Assembly (NCBI RefSeq): GCF_963921235.1
Contig: NW_026948113.1
Coordinates: 372,001-436,000, forward strand
Origin: Mobula hypostoma
Taxonomy: Eukaryota
Length of the DNA: 64,000 bases
Reading direction: 5' to 3'
Part shown: piece by piece, positions 12,337 to 26,319 of the stretch
How the letters are laid out: the number at the start of each line of letters is the position of its first letter
Position numbering within the stretch: the stretch's first letter is position 1
Position numbers and translations under genes: made by a program
The notes under the pieces: generated by a model
Databases searched by the model: none
Seen by the model: only the letters and a program-made list of their open reading frames with translations
Told to the model about the DNA's origin: nothing

Positions 12337-13546
12337 TTGTGGGAGCATCATCCTGGAATGAATTCATTGAAAGCTGTGTGACTGCCCTAAGAATTGATTA
12401 TGGGAGTTTTGTGTTTAAACCTGCGTTAATTTATTGTCCAAGAAAGTGATTAAGATACGTGCTCATGGACGTGCAGGGATTGAGTGTTGTGCGATTCAAA
12501 GACATTGCCTGTAACTAATGCTTGTATTCTGAGTGGGTTGGGTACCTGCAGCCCAGATGAACTGTTGATTCGGGTTTTAAATACTGTTGGAGGATTAGGG
12601 AAAGCTATGATCATGGAGCAAACAGAGGGGAAAGATGAGGAGTTCGTTCAGACTGGAGCTGACATAACGGGTGTGGATCTGCCTGGCACCACTGGAGTAC
12701 CTGGAGAGGCAGGGCCATGAGCCGTCCATATTTTCAGAGAAAGGGGAAATGTAGACAAGGGTGCTGAGTTGAAGGTCAAGTTTCCTGTAGCTGAGGGTGA
12801 AGGCTTTAAAGAAAAGTTGCTCTTGTTTCTGTGGGTGAGGGGGAGGGGATATCTAATGTAATAGTCCTAAATGAGTAATTTAGCTGTTGATTTAAATTCT
12901 GGGCTCGTTTTAGCTATTGCATCACTGGTTGATAAATGCAGAAGTATATCTGTGGAGAGCTAAAGTTATTGTAGGCTGGAAGTGTTCACTGTGGCCAAAC
13001 CTACACCCGATGGGGAAGCAGAATGTGGGGTTTGGGCTGGGCTCAGATACTGGAGTGCTCAGATAATATGAAAAAAACTGAGTCTGATGGAGAAATTAAG
13101 GGGCCATGGCTGATATCATAAGGATACCCAAGGCAGAAAACCCATTAGCCCAGTTAGCTAATTACCTGCAAGCCCGGGAAGATATGTCTGGCACTGCTGG
13201 AAGTGCAGCTGATCTTAGGATGAAGTTTAGGCACACATTCCAGGAGGAAGGAGAGAAGTTATCTGCCTTCATTTTCCGGCTGAAGAATCCACTGCACTGT
13301 TTGTGCCACAAAAGGGGCATTCAACTGTCTCAAAGAGAAATTGCTTGAGGATGGAGCAAGTTGTGAAGGGTGCACTGTCACATGACGATTGCTCTACTTA
13401 TTCCAATGACCCGTAAGATGCCCCCTCCTCCATCTTTTACCAAGTAAGGCTGTGAAGTTAGGAGGAAAACGCAATGGAGGAGCGGGAGGCCTCCGTCAGC
13501 AGGGCACTGTCCTTAGTAGTAACTTCTGTTGCTAAAGCGACCCCTG

Positions 13547-16500
13547 ATCAGAATCAGAATCAGGTTTATTGTCACCGGCATGTGATGTGAAATTTCTTAA
13601 CTCAGCAGCAGCAGTTCAATGCAATACATAATCTAGAAGAGAGAAAAAATAAAAGTAATAATAATAAATAAGCAAACAAGTAAATCAATTACAGTATATG
13701 TATATTGAATAAATTTTTTTTAAATGTGCAAAAAACAGAAATACTGTTTATTAAAAAAAGTGAAGTAGTGTCCAAGAGTTCAATGTCCATTTAGGAAGCA
13801 GACGGCAGAGGGGAAGAAGCTGTTCCTGAATCGCTGAGTGTGAGCCTTCAGGCTTCTGTGTCTCCTACCTGATGGTAACAGTGAGAAAAGGGCATGCCCT
13901 GGGTGCTGGAAGTCCTTAATGATGGACGCTGCCTTTCTGAGACACCGCTCTCTAAAGATGTCCTGGGTACTGTGTAGGCTAGTACCCAAGATGGAGCTGA
14001 CTAGATTTACAACCCTCTGCAGTTTCTTTCAGTCCTGTGCAGTAGTCCCTCCCCACACCCCTCCCCCCCATACCAGACAGTGATGCAACCTGTCAGAATG
14101 CTCTTCATAGTAAAATTATAGAGGTTTTTGGGTGTATCTGTTGACATGCCAAATCTCTTCAAACTCCTAATGAAGTACAGCTGCTGTCTTGCCTTCTTTA
14201 TAACTACATCGATATGTTGGGACCAGGTTAGATCCTCAGAGATCTTGACTCCCAGGAATCTACTTACTCTCTCCAGTTCTGATCCCCCTGTGAGGATTGG
14301 TATGTGTTCCTTTGTCTTACCCTTCTTGGAAGTCCACAATCAGCTCTTTTATCTTACTGGCGTTGAGTGCCAGGTTATTGCTGAGACACCATTCCATTAG
14401 TTCACATATCTCACTCCTGTACATCCTCTCATCACCACCTGAGGTTCTACCAACAATGGTTGTATCATCAGCAAATTTATAGATGCTATTTGAGCTATGC
14501 CTAGCCACACCGTCATGTGTATATAGAGAGTAGGGCAGTGGGCTAAGCCCACACCCCTGGGGTGCGCCAGTGTTGATCGTCAGCGAGGAGATGTTATCAT
14601 CAATCTGCACAGATTGTGGTCTTCCGGTTAGGAAGTCAAGGATCCATTTGCAGGGGGAGGTACAGAGACCCAGGTTCCGCAACTTCTCAATCAGGGTTGT
14701 GGGAATGATGGTATTAAATGATGAGCTACAGTGTATTCGGTGAACAGCATCCTGATATAGGTGTTTGTGTTGTCCAGGTGGTCTAAAGCCATGTGGAGAG
14801 CCATGGAGATTGCTTCTGCCGTTGACCTATTGAGACGATAGGCAAATTGCAATGGGTCCAGGTCCTTGCTGAGACAAAAGTTCAGTTTAGTCATGACCAA
14901 CCTCTCAAGGCATTTCATCACTGTCGATGTGAGTACAGTACTACCGAGTGATAGTCATTAAGACAGCCCACATTATTCTTCTTAGGCACTGGTATAATCG
15001 TTGCCTTTTTGAAGCAAGTGGGCACTTCCGCCCGTTGCAGTGAGAGGTTGAAAATGTCATTGAATACTCCCGCTAGCTGGTTGGCACAGGTTTTCGGAGC
15101 CTTACCTGGTACTCCATCAGGACCTTTCGCCTTGTGAGGGTTCATTCTCTTTAAAGGCAGCCTAATAGCGGGCTCTGAGATGGAGATCACAGAGTCATCA
15201 GGTGCAGCAGGGATCTTCACAGCAGTAGTTGTGTTCTCCCTTTCAAATCAGGCATAGAAGGCATTGAGTTCATCTGAGAGTGAAGCATCGTTGCCATTCA
15301 TACTATTGGGTTTTGCTTTGTAGGAAGTAACGTCCTGCAGACCCTGCTGGAGTTGTCGTGCATCCGATGTCACCTCCAACCTCGTTCAAAATTGTCTCTT
15401 CACCTTTGAAATAACCCTCTGCAAATCTGGTTTTCTGGTACAGGCCTGGATTGCCAGACTTTATTAGATTAGATTAGATTATGAAGACTATTAGATTATG
15501 CAGACCTCTTTTATTGTCATCTAGTAATGCATGCATTAAGAAATGATACAATATTTTCTCCGGTGTGATATCACAAAATATAGGACAGACCAAGACTGAA
15601 AAGCTAACAAAACCACATAATTATAACATATAGTTACAATAGTGCAACAATACCATAACTTGATGAAGAATGCCACAGATCTAGCCTTCAGCAGATGATG
15701 TAACTCCTGGTTCATCCATGGGTTTTGGTTTGGGAATGTACAGCAAGTCTTTGCAGGCACACACTCATCCACACAGGTTTTAATGAAATCGGTAACAACT
15801 GCAGCATAATCCAAATTTGAAGATGAATCCATGAATATAGTCCAGTCTACCAACTCAAAGCAGTCCTGTAGGCGCTCCTGTGCTTCCCTTGTCCATACCT
15901 TCTCAGTCCTCACTACTAGTGATGCAGTCTTCAGTCTCTGCCTATACTCAGGGAGTAGAAGTACAGCCAGGTGATCAGACTTCCCAAAGTGAGGGCATGG
16001 AATAGCATGGTAGGCATTCTTGATGGTGTTGTAGCAATGGTCCAGTGTGTTGTTTCCTCTGGTATTGCAAGTGATCTGTTGATGGTAAATGCTTAGTGAT
16101 CTGTTCAGACTGGCCGGGTTAAAATCTCCCAAAACAATTTTGAAGGCATGAAGGTGCACTGTTTCATGCATGTTGATCCCATTGCTCAGATCATCTAAAG
16201 CCTGCTTGACATTGGCCTGAGGTGGAATGTAAACTGCTACCAAAATGACCCCCGAGAACTCCCGTGATAGGTAAAAAGGACAGCACTTAACTGCTAGATA
16301 TTCCAGGTCTGGTGAGCAGAATTGGGACAGCACTGATATTTGTGCACCAAGAAGAGTTGATCATGAGGCATACTCCTCCACTTCTGCTTTTGAGAGACTC
16401 CTTAGATCTATCCTCATGGTGTATAGTAAACCCGTCGATCTGAATCGCTGAATCTAGTACAGAAGGGGTTAACTAGGATTCCGTGAAACAAAGGACACAC

Positions 16501-16615
16501 CCAGTCCTAATGTCCCTCTGATTCAGCACCTTAGCTCGAAGATCATCGATTTTACTCACCAGTGACTGCATGTTCTCCAGCAAGATAGTCAGTATAGGGA
16601 GTTTAAAATAATGCT
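13547..16615 (-). mobile_element. Rex1/Babar-type LINE (APE+RT remnants) inserted in the Gypsy gag
   Basis: ORFs 15536-16333 (APE), 14918-15220, 14691-14921 and 14317-14682 (GAPQG, YKFADD). (ATTCTG)n tail at 13547-13565. A (TCTAA)n-tailed LINE end is nested at ~15463-15670. Confidence 0.9.
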
Positions 16616-17993
16616 ACGTAAGCAGGGCTTTGTAAGAAGTTGAGAAAGATCTGAGGGCCGAGACATTTCAGATGATATCGATTGGTGCTGCCACCAAGAA
16701 TGACAAGGCGGCTGCTACTGAGCGGGACCCTTGTCCAGAGTGACCGGTATTCTCTGTTATAATTGTGGACAGAATTCAAGCAGGAGTGTGAAGGAGAGGA
16801 AAATCTTCAGAAAGTAAATCAGTGGTTAATCAAGCAGAGAAGAAAAGAGGTAAAATTACTGAGTGACCCAGTAAAGGGATGGGCTGGCGTTTCAGAGAGG
16901 ATACATTTCCATCAGTGTAACAAGGGAAATACTTAAGTACCAAACACTATTCCTGAAGGTTACGGGGCTAAGTTCTGCTGTAACCATATGGATTGAAGGT
17001 GTTTATGCCAGAGCCATACTTGACACAGGTTCTCAAGTTATTTTGCTTTATAGATCCTTCTACAACTGATATTTGATGCACTTACCATTGACTCCACTCT
17101 GTGCCCTTGAGATTCAGGGGCCTAGTACTGATGGTTGCTTGTTGCTGAAGCTGGCGTTTTTGGAAGCAGATGTTGGAGTAACTGAGTAACCATTGACATA
17201 CCAGTGTTGGTCTGCCTAGAGCCAGTTGAAAAAGGTAGGAGCTTCCATTTTTGTGGGAACAAATACTGCATTGTGAGAAGGCTCCCGGGAGAATGCAAGG
17301 AGAGAAATGGAGAGAACTTTTTGAAAACCTTGTCCATTCACCTTGTGTTTAGAGCTGCTGTTGAGAAAGTGCAAGTTTCTCCTAAGCAGGATGTTGAGCA
17401 GAAATGAGGAACTATGTGGTGTACCCAGTCTAAACCTGTCACCTTACGCCCTGGTGGAATAGCTAGAGTGACAGGAACCCCAAACTTGCCAAAATGTTTG
17501 AGGAATGGAAAAGAAGATTAATTGACAAAATATTGAGACCCGAAGATGTGTTTTCTATTGACACAGCTGACTTGCCACACTTCAGGAGAGACCAAGGACA
17601 CTCCTTTTTTGAGAGAGGTCTTGCCAGTTAGCACCAGCAGAAGGTGAGGATATTCGGTCATGAAGCAGGGAGGCCTGAGCCACCAGAAGACACAAGTGAG
17701 AGGTACCCTTTAGCACACAGGAAGGGTCACAAGGGGTGGATGAAACTTGAGGAGCTGAAGATTGGATAAGGAGGTTTCAAAGAGTCAGGAAACCCCCAGA
17801 TAGGTTGGCCTATGTCGCACTGGGGTAACAGAGTGTTGCGTCTATCCCCCTAGTGAGATATGTCACTACCACTCTCAAATGGATTGGAGGTCCTGACATC
17901 AGGGAATTCCTTTGAAAACTATTAAGGATGGGTTGATAAGTTTCAAGGTCATGAGGACATGACTACTTTTTTTACTTTTTGGGAGTGGGAGAA

Positions 17994-18747
17994 TAAAGTT
18001 CTGGTTAAGATTTTTACCGCTACACCATAGGTATTTCATTTTAGCAGTTCTGTTCTACTTTCAGTCTGTTTGGGTTTGAGCTGAGATAAGGGCTTTGTTG
18101 TTCAAATTTGGAATGTGGTGTCAGCCAATTAGGATGGAGGAATTCAGAGAAGGTTCCAGAGAATGCTGGGTGGAGAGTTTTTGTGAGGGACACTGGTATG
18201 GTTTGAGGTCTTTGTTGGCGGGAACTGGGAGAAGGTGGGAAGATGGCTGAAGATGCTGTCCCTGTTGCACAAGGTGCTTCGAGGAGGAAGGACAAACACT
18301 CCAGTGGGGGAGCCTGTTTGTTCAAGATGGATTTCAAGTGAAATTTGGAAGATGCAGTGTGTACATCAACGGCTTCTAGAAGATGTGAGCTCCACCGTGC
18401 ACATGCGACTGTTTAAGTATAATGCGCCTTCTTCGTTTTCTTCTTTCTTTCCTTTAATAACTGGTCGCTGAAGTTAACATTCTTAAATATACTTCTTTAT
18501 AATTGTATGCAGTGTATGATCTGTTAATTCTTGCCGACGGGTGATTGCCAGGTGCAGTGAATCACCTAGCATTCACACAAACCGGGCTATGGGATGGCGA
18601 GACATCCTAACCACGGATTTAGCGGGGCAAAGTTGTATACGCTCTAGATGTATGAAGCCTGAGAAAGGTGGGTTTCTTGCTGTGGAGTCCAGTGAGGGGG
18701 TTAACGGGTATATTTCCAGAGATGCCCAGTACAAAGGGGTTTTACCA
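17994..18747 (+). repeat. Gypsy 3' LTR
   Basis: Follows the PPT, is collinear with the 5' LTR and is visibly diverged from it. Confidence 0.8.
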
Positions 18748-19210
18748 CAATGAGGCCACTCTGCGTGTGGAGGGACCATACCTCATATTAAGTCCATGTA
18801 GCCTTCAAAATGAATGCATGAACATCGATTTTTCCTCCCAGTATTATTTCTTCCTCTCCCTTCCCTCTTCTTCTATTCCCTGCTCTGGTTTCTTACCTCT
18901 TCTCCTCACCTGCTTATCACCTCATCCTGGTGTCCTTCCTTCCTCCCTTTCTCCCATGGTCCACTCTTTTCTCTTTTCAGATTCCTTCTTCTCCAGCCCT
19001 TTACCTCTACCACCCACTGACTTCACCTATCACCATCTAGCTAGTCCTCCTTCCCCTTCCCCACCTTTATTCCACCATCTTCCCCCTTCCTTCCCAGTTC
19101 TGAAGAAGGGTGTCAGTCTGAAACATCGACTGTTTATTGATTTCCATGGATACTGCCTGGCCTGCCAAGTTCCTCCCAGCTCTGATTTCTAATATGTGCA
19201 AAATCTCTTG
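18748..19210 (+). mobile_element. Penelope-like element, right half
   Basis: HNEATLRVEGPYLIL...ECMNIDFS remnant, pyrimidine-rich terminal repeat and a hammerhead-like motif at 19095-19132. Confidence 0.75.
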
Positions 19211-19214
19211 TGCT

Positions 19215-21560
19215 TATATTATGAACAGTTATCCAGGAAAAGATGTGCCATCATTGAAGAGGATCCAGAAGATGTTCCAAAGAATGACTCTGGGAACGTA
19301 AGGTTTAACATATGAGGGATGCTTGAAGGCTCTGGGCCTGTGCGCATTGAAGTTCAGAAGAAAGGCAGGGGGGATCTCATTGAAACCTTTCGAGTATTGA
19401 AAGGCCTAAATAGAGTGGACATGCAGAGGGTGCCTCCTATAGTAGGGTAATTCTAGGATGAAAGGGAACAGCCACAGGACATAACTTGGGAACAGAGGAG
19501 GATGAATTTCTTAGATGGCTGTGGAGACCTAGTCATTGAGTATATTTAAAGGAGAAATTGGTAGCTTCTTGACTTGTAGGGATGTCAGGGAGAAGGCAGG
19601 AGAATGGAATGAGTTGATTAATAAATCAGTCATGATGGAAAGGCAGAGCAGACCCAGTGGGCCAAATAGTTTACTTCTGCTCCTATGTCTTATGGTATAA
19701 CTGTTGGTGAGTGTAATGACCACACAACTAGCCAGCACTTACTGCTCTTCCTGGTGGGCACCAGTTTCCTTTCTGTCTGTGTCCTTTCTGAATGAGCTCA
19801 CTAAGATGTGCATTCTTAAAGCATTTTGTGCATTCCAGAACTAGTCTTCCCTGGCTGGACACTAGGCACCATGTGTAGAGATGTCTATACTGTACATCTC
19901 ACTGCCTCAGCAAAGCAGCCAGCACAAGCAAAGACCACATGCACCCTAGAATTTTCATTCTGCCCCTGCCATTAGGTAGAAGATACAAAAGCCTGAAAGC
20001 AGGTTCCCCAGACTCAAATATAACTTCCAGCCCACTGTTACAAGAAAATTGAATAGTCCACTTGTATGGTACATTGGATTCTGGACCTCACAATCGAATT
20101 TGTTTTGGTCTTACATCTTATTATCTACCCACAGTGCACTTTTACTGTAACTAACACTACATGCTGTATGCCTGTTATTGTTTTCCTTTGTACATAGAAC
20201 ATTGAACGGTACAGGACAGCACCACAATTTGTGCCGAACCAATTAAATTAGTAATCAAATGTCAAACTAAATTAATCCCCTCTGCCTACACAATGTCAAT
20301 ATCCATGCAGTTTCCTCACATTCATGTGCTTATCTAAACATCTCTTAAAGGTCTTTAATGTGTCTGCATCTACCACCACCCCAAGCCATACATTCCAGGC
20401 ACCCTCCACTCTCAGTGTAAAAAAACTTGCCCGTCACATCCTGTTTGAAATTACACCCTCTCACCTTAAATGCATACCCTCTGGTTTTACTGTCTGTTTA
20501 CTCTCAGTCTCACACTCAAAATCTTATAAACCTCTATCAGATCTCCCCTCAAGCTCTGCCGCTTAAGAGAAGGTGATAGGTCCATTCTCTCGTTATAGTG
20601 CTCCAATTCAGACAGCATTCTGGTAAACCTGCGCCCTTTCCAAATCCCTGACATCCTTTCACAGTCAGGCCACTGTGTTCAACTGTGTTCAGTACTGCAG
20701 ATGTGGTTTAACTAGAGTTTTATAAAGCTGCAACTTCCTGGTTTTTGAACTCACTAGAGTCATAGAAAACAACAGCACAGAAACAGGCCGTTCAGCCCAT
20801 CTAGTCCATGCCAAACTTTTTAAACTGCTCAGTTGCATCAACCTGCACCTGGACCATGCCCTTCCTTATTCCTCCCATCCAAATTTCTCTTATACAGTGA
20901 AATTGAAACCACATCTATTACTTACGCTGGCAGCTTGTTCCACACCCTCACGGTCGGCTGAATGAAGAAGCTTCCCCTCATGTTCCCCTGAAACTTTTCT
21001 GAAATACAACAAAGGCTGGGACGCAGGGGAATTGGGAATGACTTGAGTGGGGAAGGGGTAGTGGGAAAGGTAGTAGAACTGGAGGAAGGCCACCCAAAGG
21101 GTAATGACGGGAGAGCACACTGGGGAGTGGAAGAGCACATGGACAGATAATCATCATCAACAAGGCCATTTGACCCACTATGTCCATGCTAAGCCTTCGG
21201 TACCCATCCATGTTTATCCCATCACCTTGCATTTAGTCCATAGCTTTCTGGACCTGAGTGATTCAAGTGTTTGTACAGACTCTTCATCAATGCTAATGCT
21301 GACTCCGCTTCCACCACTCCAGCAGGGTGATCCAGGTACACACAGCTCTCTAGGTGAGAAAGGTTTCCTGCCAAATTTCTTCCCCCTTACCCCAAGTCCA
21401 TGTCCTCTAGTTTTTTGTATCTTTGATATGAGGAGTAGCGTCCTGCAATCTACACACTCTACCCCAGAATAGCTTTACAAACCTGAGTCATGTCTTCTGT
21501 TAATCTCCCCTGTTCCACGGAAACAGATCCCGTCTCTTATATTTCTCCTCATAACTGAAA
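19215..21560. mobile_element. Cluster of short CR1 and Rex1-type 3' fragments, mixed orientation
   Basis: Repeated CR1 3'-end signatures (GGCCTGT..CTGTGCTGT, TATGG, AGAACAT). Individual boundaries were not resolved. Confidence 0.6.
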
Positions 21561-21723
21561 TTCCCCCAGTGAATCTCATCTCACCTCTACAGTACTATAA
21601 CACACTTGCTGTAGTGTAGAACTGCACATAGTACTCCAACCAACCAGGAGAGCGCAAAGTGCAAGTAAGGGAGAGAGCACAGTGAGGAGCCAAAGGAGAA
21701 ATTATTGAGAGTGAAACCAGTTC

Positions 21724-23400
21724 TTTCCCTTTCTTTCTTTGCACTTCGGTCCCCAAACAGGTGGGCTTTACAGCTCTCTGTTTCTTTCTTGACAACAGAC
21801 CCAACTAGCTCCCTCCGTATGGTGGAACTGGTCCGCTCTCTCAATAATTTCTCCTTTTGCCCCTCCCACTTCCTTCAAACCAAAGCTGTAGCTATGGGTA
21901 CTTGTATGGGTCCCAGCTATGCCTGCCTTTTCGTCACCTTCATGGAACAGTCCATGTTCCAGGCCTATACCAGTACCTCTCCACAAATCTTCCTGCACTA
22001 AATTGACAACTGCATTAGTGCTGCCTCCTGCATCCACACTGAGCTCGTCAACTTCATAAACTTTGCCTCCAGCTTCCAGACTGCCCTCAAATTTACTTGG
22101 TCCATTTCCAACACCAACCTCCCTTTTCTCTGTCTCTACCTCCGGAGTCAGTTTATCCACCAATATATTTTATAAACCCACTAATTTTCACAGCTACCTG
22201 GACTATACCTTCTTCCCAACCTATCACTGAAAAAGTGCCATCTCCTTTCAGTTCCTCTGTCTCTATTGCATCTGCTCTCAGGATGAGGCTTTTCACTCCA
22301 GAACTTATGAGCTATCCTTCTTCTTCAAAAAAAGGTGCTTCCCTTCCTCCACCATCTACACTGCCCTCACCCACATCTCTACCATTTTGTCCATGTCTGC
22401 TCTTACCCCATCCGTCCGCCAACCCACCAGGGATAGGGTCTGCTTTTCCTCACCAACCACCCCGCCAGTCTCTACATCCAGCACATAATTCTCTGTAACT
22501 TCCGCCGTCTCATATGGGATCCTACCACCAAGCACATCTTTTCCTTCCCCCCCCCCACCACTTTCTGCTTTCCAAAGGGATTGTACCTTGTGCCTCTCCC
22601 TTGTCCACTTGTCCCTCCCCACTGTTTTTCCTATTTATCCTTGCAAGTGGAACAAGTGTCTCACCTGCCTCTACATCTTCTCCCTCACTAACATTTAAGG
22701 CCCCAAACAGTCTTTCCAGGTGAGGTGACACTTCTCTATGAGTCTGTTGGGATCATCTACTGCTGGTACTCCCAGTGTGGCCTCCTGTATGTTGGTGAGA
22801 CTTAATGTAGATTGGGAGACCATGTCACTAATCACCTACGCACCATCTGCCAGAAAAGTGGGATCTCCCGGAGGCCACCTATTTCAATTCTACTTTCCAT
22901 ACCCATTCCGACATGTCAGTCCATTGCCTCCTCTACTGCTGCAATAAGGCTGGAGAAACAACACCTTATATTTCATTTGGGTAGCTTCCAATCTGATGGC
23001 ATGAACATCGATTTCTTGAACCTGGTAATTGCCCCCGCCCTTCATCATTCACCATTCCTGTTTCCCTCTCTCACCTTTATCCTTACCTGCCCATCACCTC
23101 CCTCTGGTGCTCCTCCTCCTTCCCTTTCTTTCATGGTCTTTTTCTATCAGGTTCACCTTCCATCAGCCCTTGATCTCTTTCACCAATCAACTTCAAAGCT
23201 CCGTACTTTGCTCCCCTCCCTCTCCCCATTTCACCTTGTACTTTTTTCTCCCCTCCCCCCACTTTCTTACTTTAATTTCTCACCTTTTCTCCCCAAACCC
23301 AATGAAGGGTCTCAGCCCAAAACTTTGACTGTTTATTCCTTTCCATCGATGCTGCCTAGCCTGCTCACTTCCTCCAGCATTTTGTGTGTATTGACGTACA
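21724..23400 (+). mobile_element. Penelope-like element (RT C-terminus, GIY-YIG and terminal repeat)
   Basis: LNNFSFCPSHFLQTKAVAMGTCMGPSYACLF (PLE RT) and IRLEKQHLIFHLGSFQSDGMNID (GIY-YIG end). Confidence 0.88.
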
Positions 23401-23519
23401 GAGTTTGTAATCAAAGCAACACACACACAAAATGCTGGAGTAAATCAGCAGGCCAGGCAGCATCGATGGAAGAGAGTAAACAGTCAACGGTTCTGGCCAA
23501 GACCTTTCATCTGGACCCC

Positions 23520-25620
23520 TGCAAGACTTTTTGGGAGTCTGGTGCAGAAATTATAGGAACACTGGTAAAGGTACTTAGAATGTCCTTAAGCACAGGTGGA
23601 GTGCTGAAGGACTGAAGGATAGCTAATGTTGTTCCATTGTTTAAGCAAGACCAATAATAAGTAGGGAAATTGAAGGTCAGTGACCTGAAATCATTAGTTG
23701 GTAATCTTTTGGAAGGTATTCTAAGGGGCATGATATACAGTATAAATATATGGATAGACATAGCCTGATTAGGGAGAGTCATCATGGATTTGTTCATGGT
23801 AAGTTGTGTCTAACCAAACCTACAAAGGTTTCAAGGACATTACCAGGAAAAGGCAGTGGACATTGCCTACATAGACTTCAGTAAGGCAGTTGACAAAGTC
23901 CTGCAAGAGAGGCTGGTCAAAGAGGTTTAATCACCTGGCCTTCAGGATGAAGTAGCAAATTGGATTCAGCATTGGAACTGGAGAAACGAGACAATGATAT
24001 GGTTGCTTCTCTGACTGGAGGCTGTGACCAGTGTTGTGCCACAGGGATCAGTGTTGGGTCTGTTGCTTTTTGTCATCTGTATTAATGATTTGGATGATAA
24101 CATGGTAAACTGGATCAGTAAATTTGTGGATTACACCAAGATTGAGGCATAATGAAACATAGAAAACTAATAACACAATAGACACCCTTCAGCTCACAAT
24201 GCTGTGCCAAACATGTACTTCCTTTAGAAATTACCTCGGGTTACCCATAGCCCTCTGTTTTTCTAAGCTCCATGTACCTATCCAGGAGTCTCTTAAAAGA
24301 CCCTATTGTATCTACCTCCACCACCGTCGCTGGCAGCCCATTCCACGCACTCACCACTCCGTACGTAAAAAACTTGCCCTGACATCTCCTCTGTACCTAC
24401 TTCCAAGCACCTTAAAAATGTGCCCTCTCATGCTAGCCACTTCCGCCCTGGGAAAAAGCATCTGACTATCCACACGATCAATGTCTATCATCATCTTATA
24501 CACCTCCATCAGGTCACCTCTCATCCTCACCGCTCCAAGGAGAGAAGGCCGAGTTCACTCAACCTATTCTCATAAGGCATGCTCCCCAATCCAGGCAACA
24601 TCCTTGTAAATCTCCTCTGCACCCTTTCTATAGTTTCCACATCCTACCTGTGGTGAGGTGACTAGAACTAAGCACAGTACTCCAAGTGAGGTCTGACCAG
24701 GGTCCTCTATAGCTGTAACATTACCTCTCAGCTCAAACTCAATCCCACAGTTGAGGAAAGCCAATGCACCACTTGTCTTCTTAACCACAGAGTCAATCTG
24801 CGCTGCAGCTTTGAGTGTCTGATGGACTCAGACCCCAAGATCCCTCTGATCCTCCACACTCCCAAGAGTCTTACCATTAATATCATATTCTGCCATCATA
24901 TTTGACCTACCAAAATGAACCACCTCACACTTATCTGGGTCGAACTCCATCTGTCACTTCTCAGCCCAGTCTTGCATCCTATTGATGTCCCACTGTAACC
25001 TCTGACAGCCCTCCAGACTATCCACAACACCCCTAACCTCCCTAAATGTGGTGTTACAGGTAGATAGGGTCTTAAAGAGACCTTCTGGCATATTGACCTT
25101 CATAAATCAAAGTACTGAGTACTCATGTTGGGATATTACGTTGGATTGGCCTAACTACAGGAAAGATATCAATAAGTGAAAGAGTACAGAGAAATTTTAT
25201 AAGGATATTGTTGTGATTTGAAGACGTGTTATGGTGAAAGGTTGAATAGGATAGGACTTTTTCCCTGGAGTGGAGGAGAATGAGGTAAGATTTGATGGAA
25301 CTGTACAAAGTTATGAGTTGTAGATAGGGCAAATGCAAGCAAGCTTTTTCCACTGAAGTTGGGTGAAACCAGAACAAGTGGTTATTGTTTAAAGATGAAG
25401 GGTGAAATATATAAGTGGAGATAGAGGAGGAACTTCACTCAGAAATAGTGAAAGTGTGGAATAAGCTGTCAGGGGAAGTGGTGGATGTAGGTTTGTTTGC
25501 AACATTTGTGAGAGGTTTGGTTAAGTACATGCATAGGAGGGGTCTGGAGTGCTGTCCAAGTGTGAGTTGATGGGACTATGAAGACCAACAATTCTGCATG
25601 TTTGAGATGGGCCAAATGGC
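23520..25620. mobile_element. CR1 LINE fragments (+23520-24150, -24160-25040, +25050-25620)
   Basis: CR1 RT remnants: DFSKA.DKV, GVPQGSVLG-like, FINDL-like and 3' ends. Confidence 0.75.
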
Positions 25621-26319
25621 CTACGTCTGTGCTGAGGTGCTCCATGAATCTGACTCTATGAGGAGAGGAGAGAGTGCAGGGGGACAGAGGGAGGACTGGG
25701 TATTGGGAAAAAGCACACAGATGAGCAGAAGGTCGTGGACAAGGGGAGCGACAGAGAGCAGGATGTCACTGAATGAAGTAGACAGAAATCTGGTGTGGGA
25801 GAGAGAGATGGATGGGAACAGGGTGAGGAGCAGTGTAATGTGGAACTGAAGAGCAAAGGAGCCGATGAACGGATGTCTGCAGTGTGTGGGAGTATGTTGC
25901 ACTGAAGTGCGGTCCTTGTGTTTCCAGGAACAGAGCAGAGGGAGGGAGAGATGGAGGGACGGAGGGAGGGAGGTACGGGAAGGGGTGCTGGGAAGATGGA
26001 GGCACAAGAGACTGCAGGTGCTGGAATGTGGAGAAGCAGCCAAAATACTGTTGAAAGTCAGGGTAACTTATTTTTAAACAGAATATTTTTTGCATATAAA
26101 CTGAACTGCCAAAGGAATTGGTTGAGATAGGTAAAGAAACAGCTTTTAAAAAACAGGTACATGCTTTAGAAAGTTTTAATATACATCAAAATAAACTTTT
26201 ATGCATAATAAAATTATTTCCAAGAATAAACCATGCAATGCCTTTTTATTCATACAGTCACAGTTAATGTTTAGAGTTCTATTATATTTGTTAAAATTAA
26301 TACGATTGTTGCCATGCAC

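Larger units (their letters stand above)
11544..18747 (+). mobile_element. Ty3/Gypsy LTR retrotransposon, decayed, RT/RNaseH/integrase apparently deleted
   Basis: Two direct repeats (11544-12336 and ~17994-18747). A tRNA-Pro-like PBS TGGGAGCATCATCCTGGAAT lies at ~12340-12359 and a PPT GGGAGTGGGAGAA at 17981-17993. Gag remnant FQEEGEKLSAFIFRL (13106-13348) and protease ARAILDTGSQV (DTG at 17022). Confidence 0.88.

Noticed and set aside
12484-13348. PNMA/Ma-like ORFs as a domesticated host gene
   Set aside because: Fragmented by stops and frameshifts, and enclosed by LTRs, PBS and PPT, so this is a decayed Gypsy gag.
15536-16333. 265-aa endonuclease-like ORF as a cellular gene
   Set aside because: It is the APE domain of the surrounding Rex1-type LINE.
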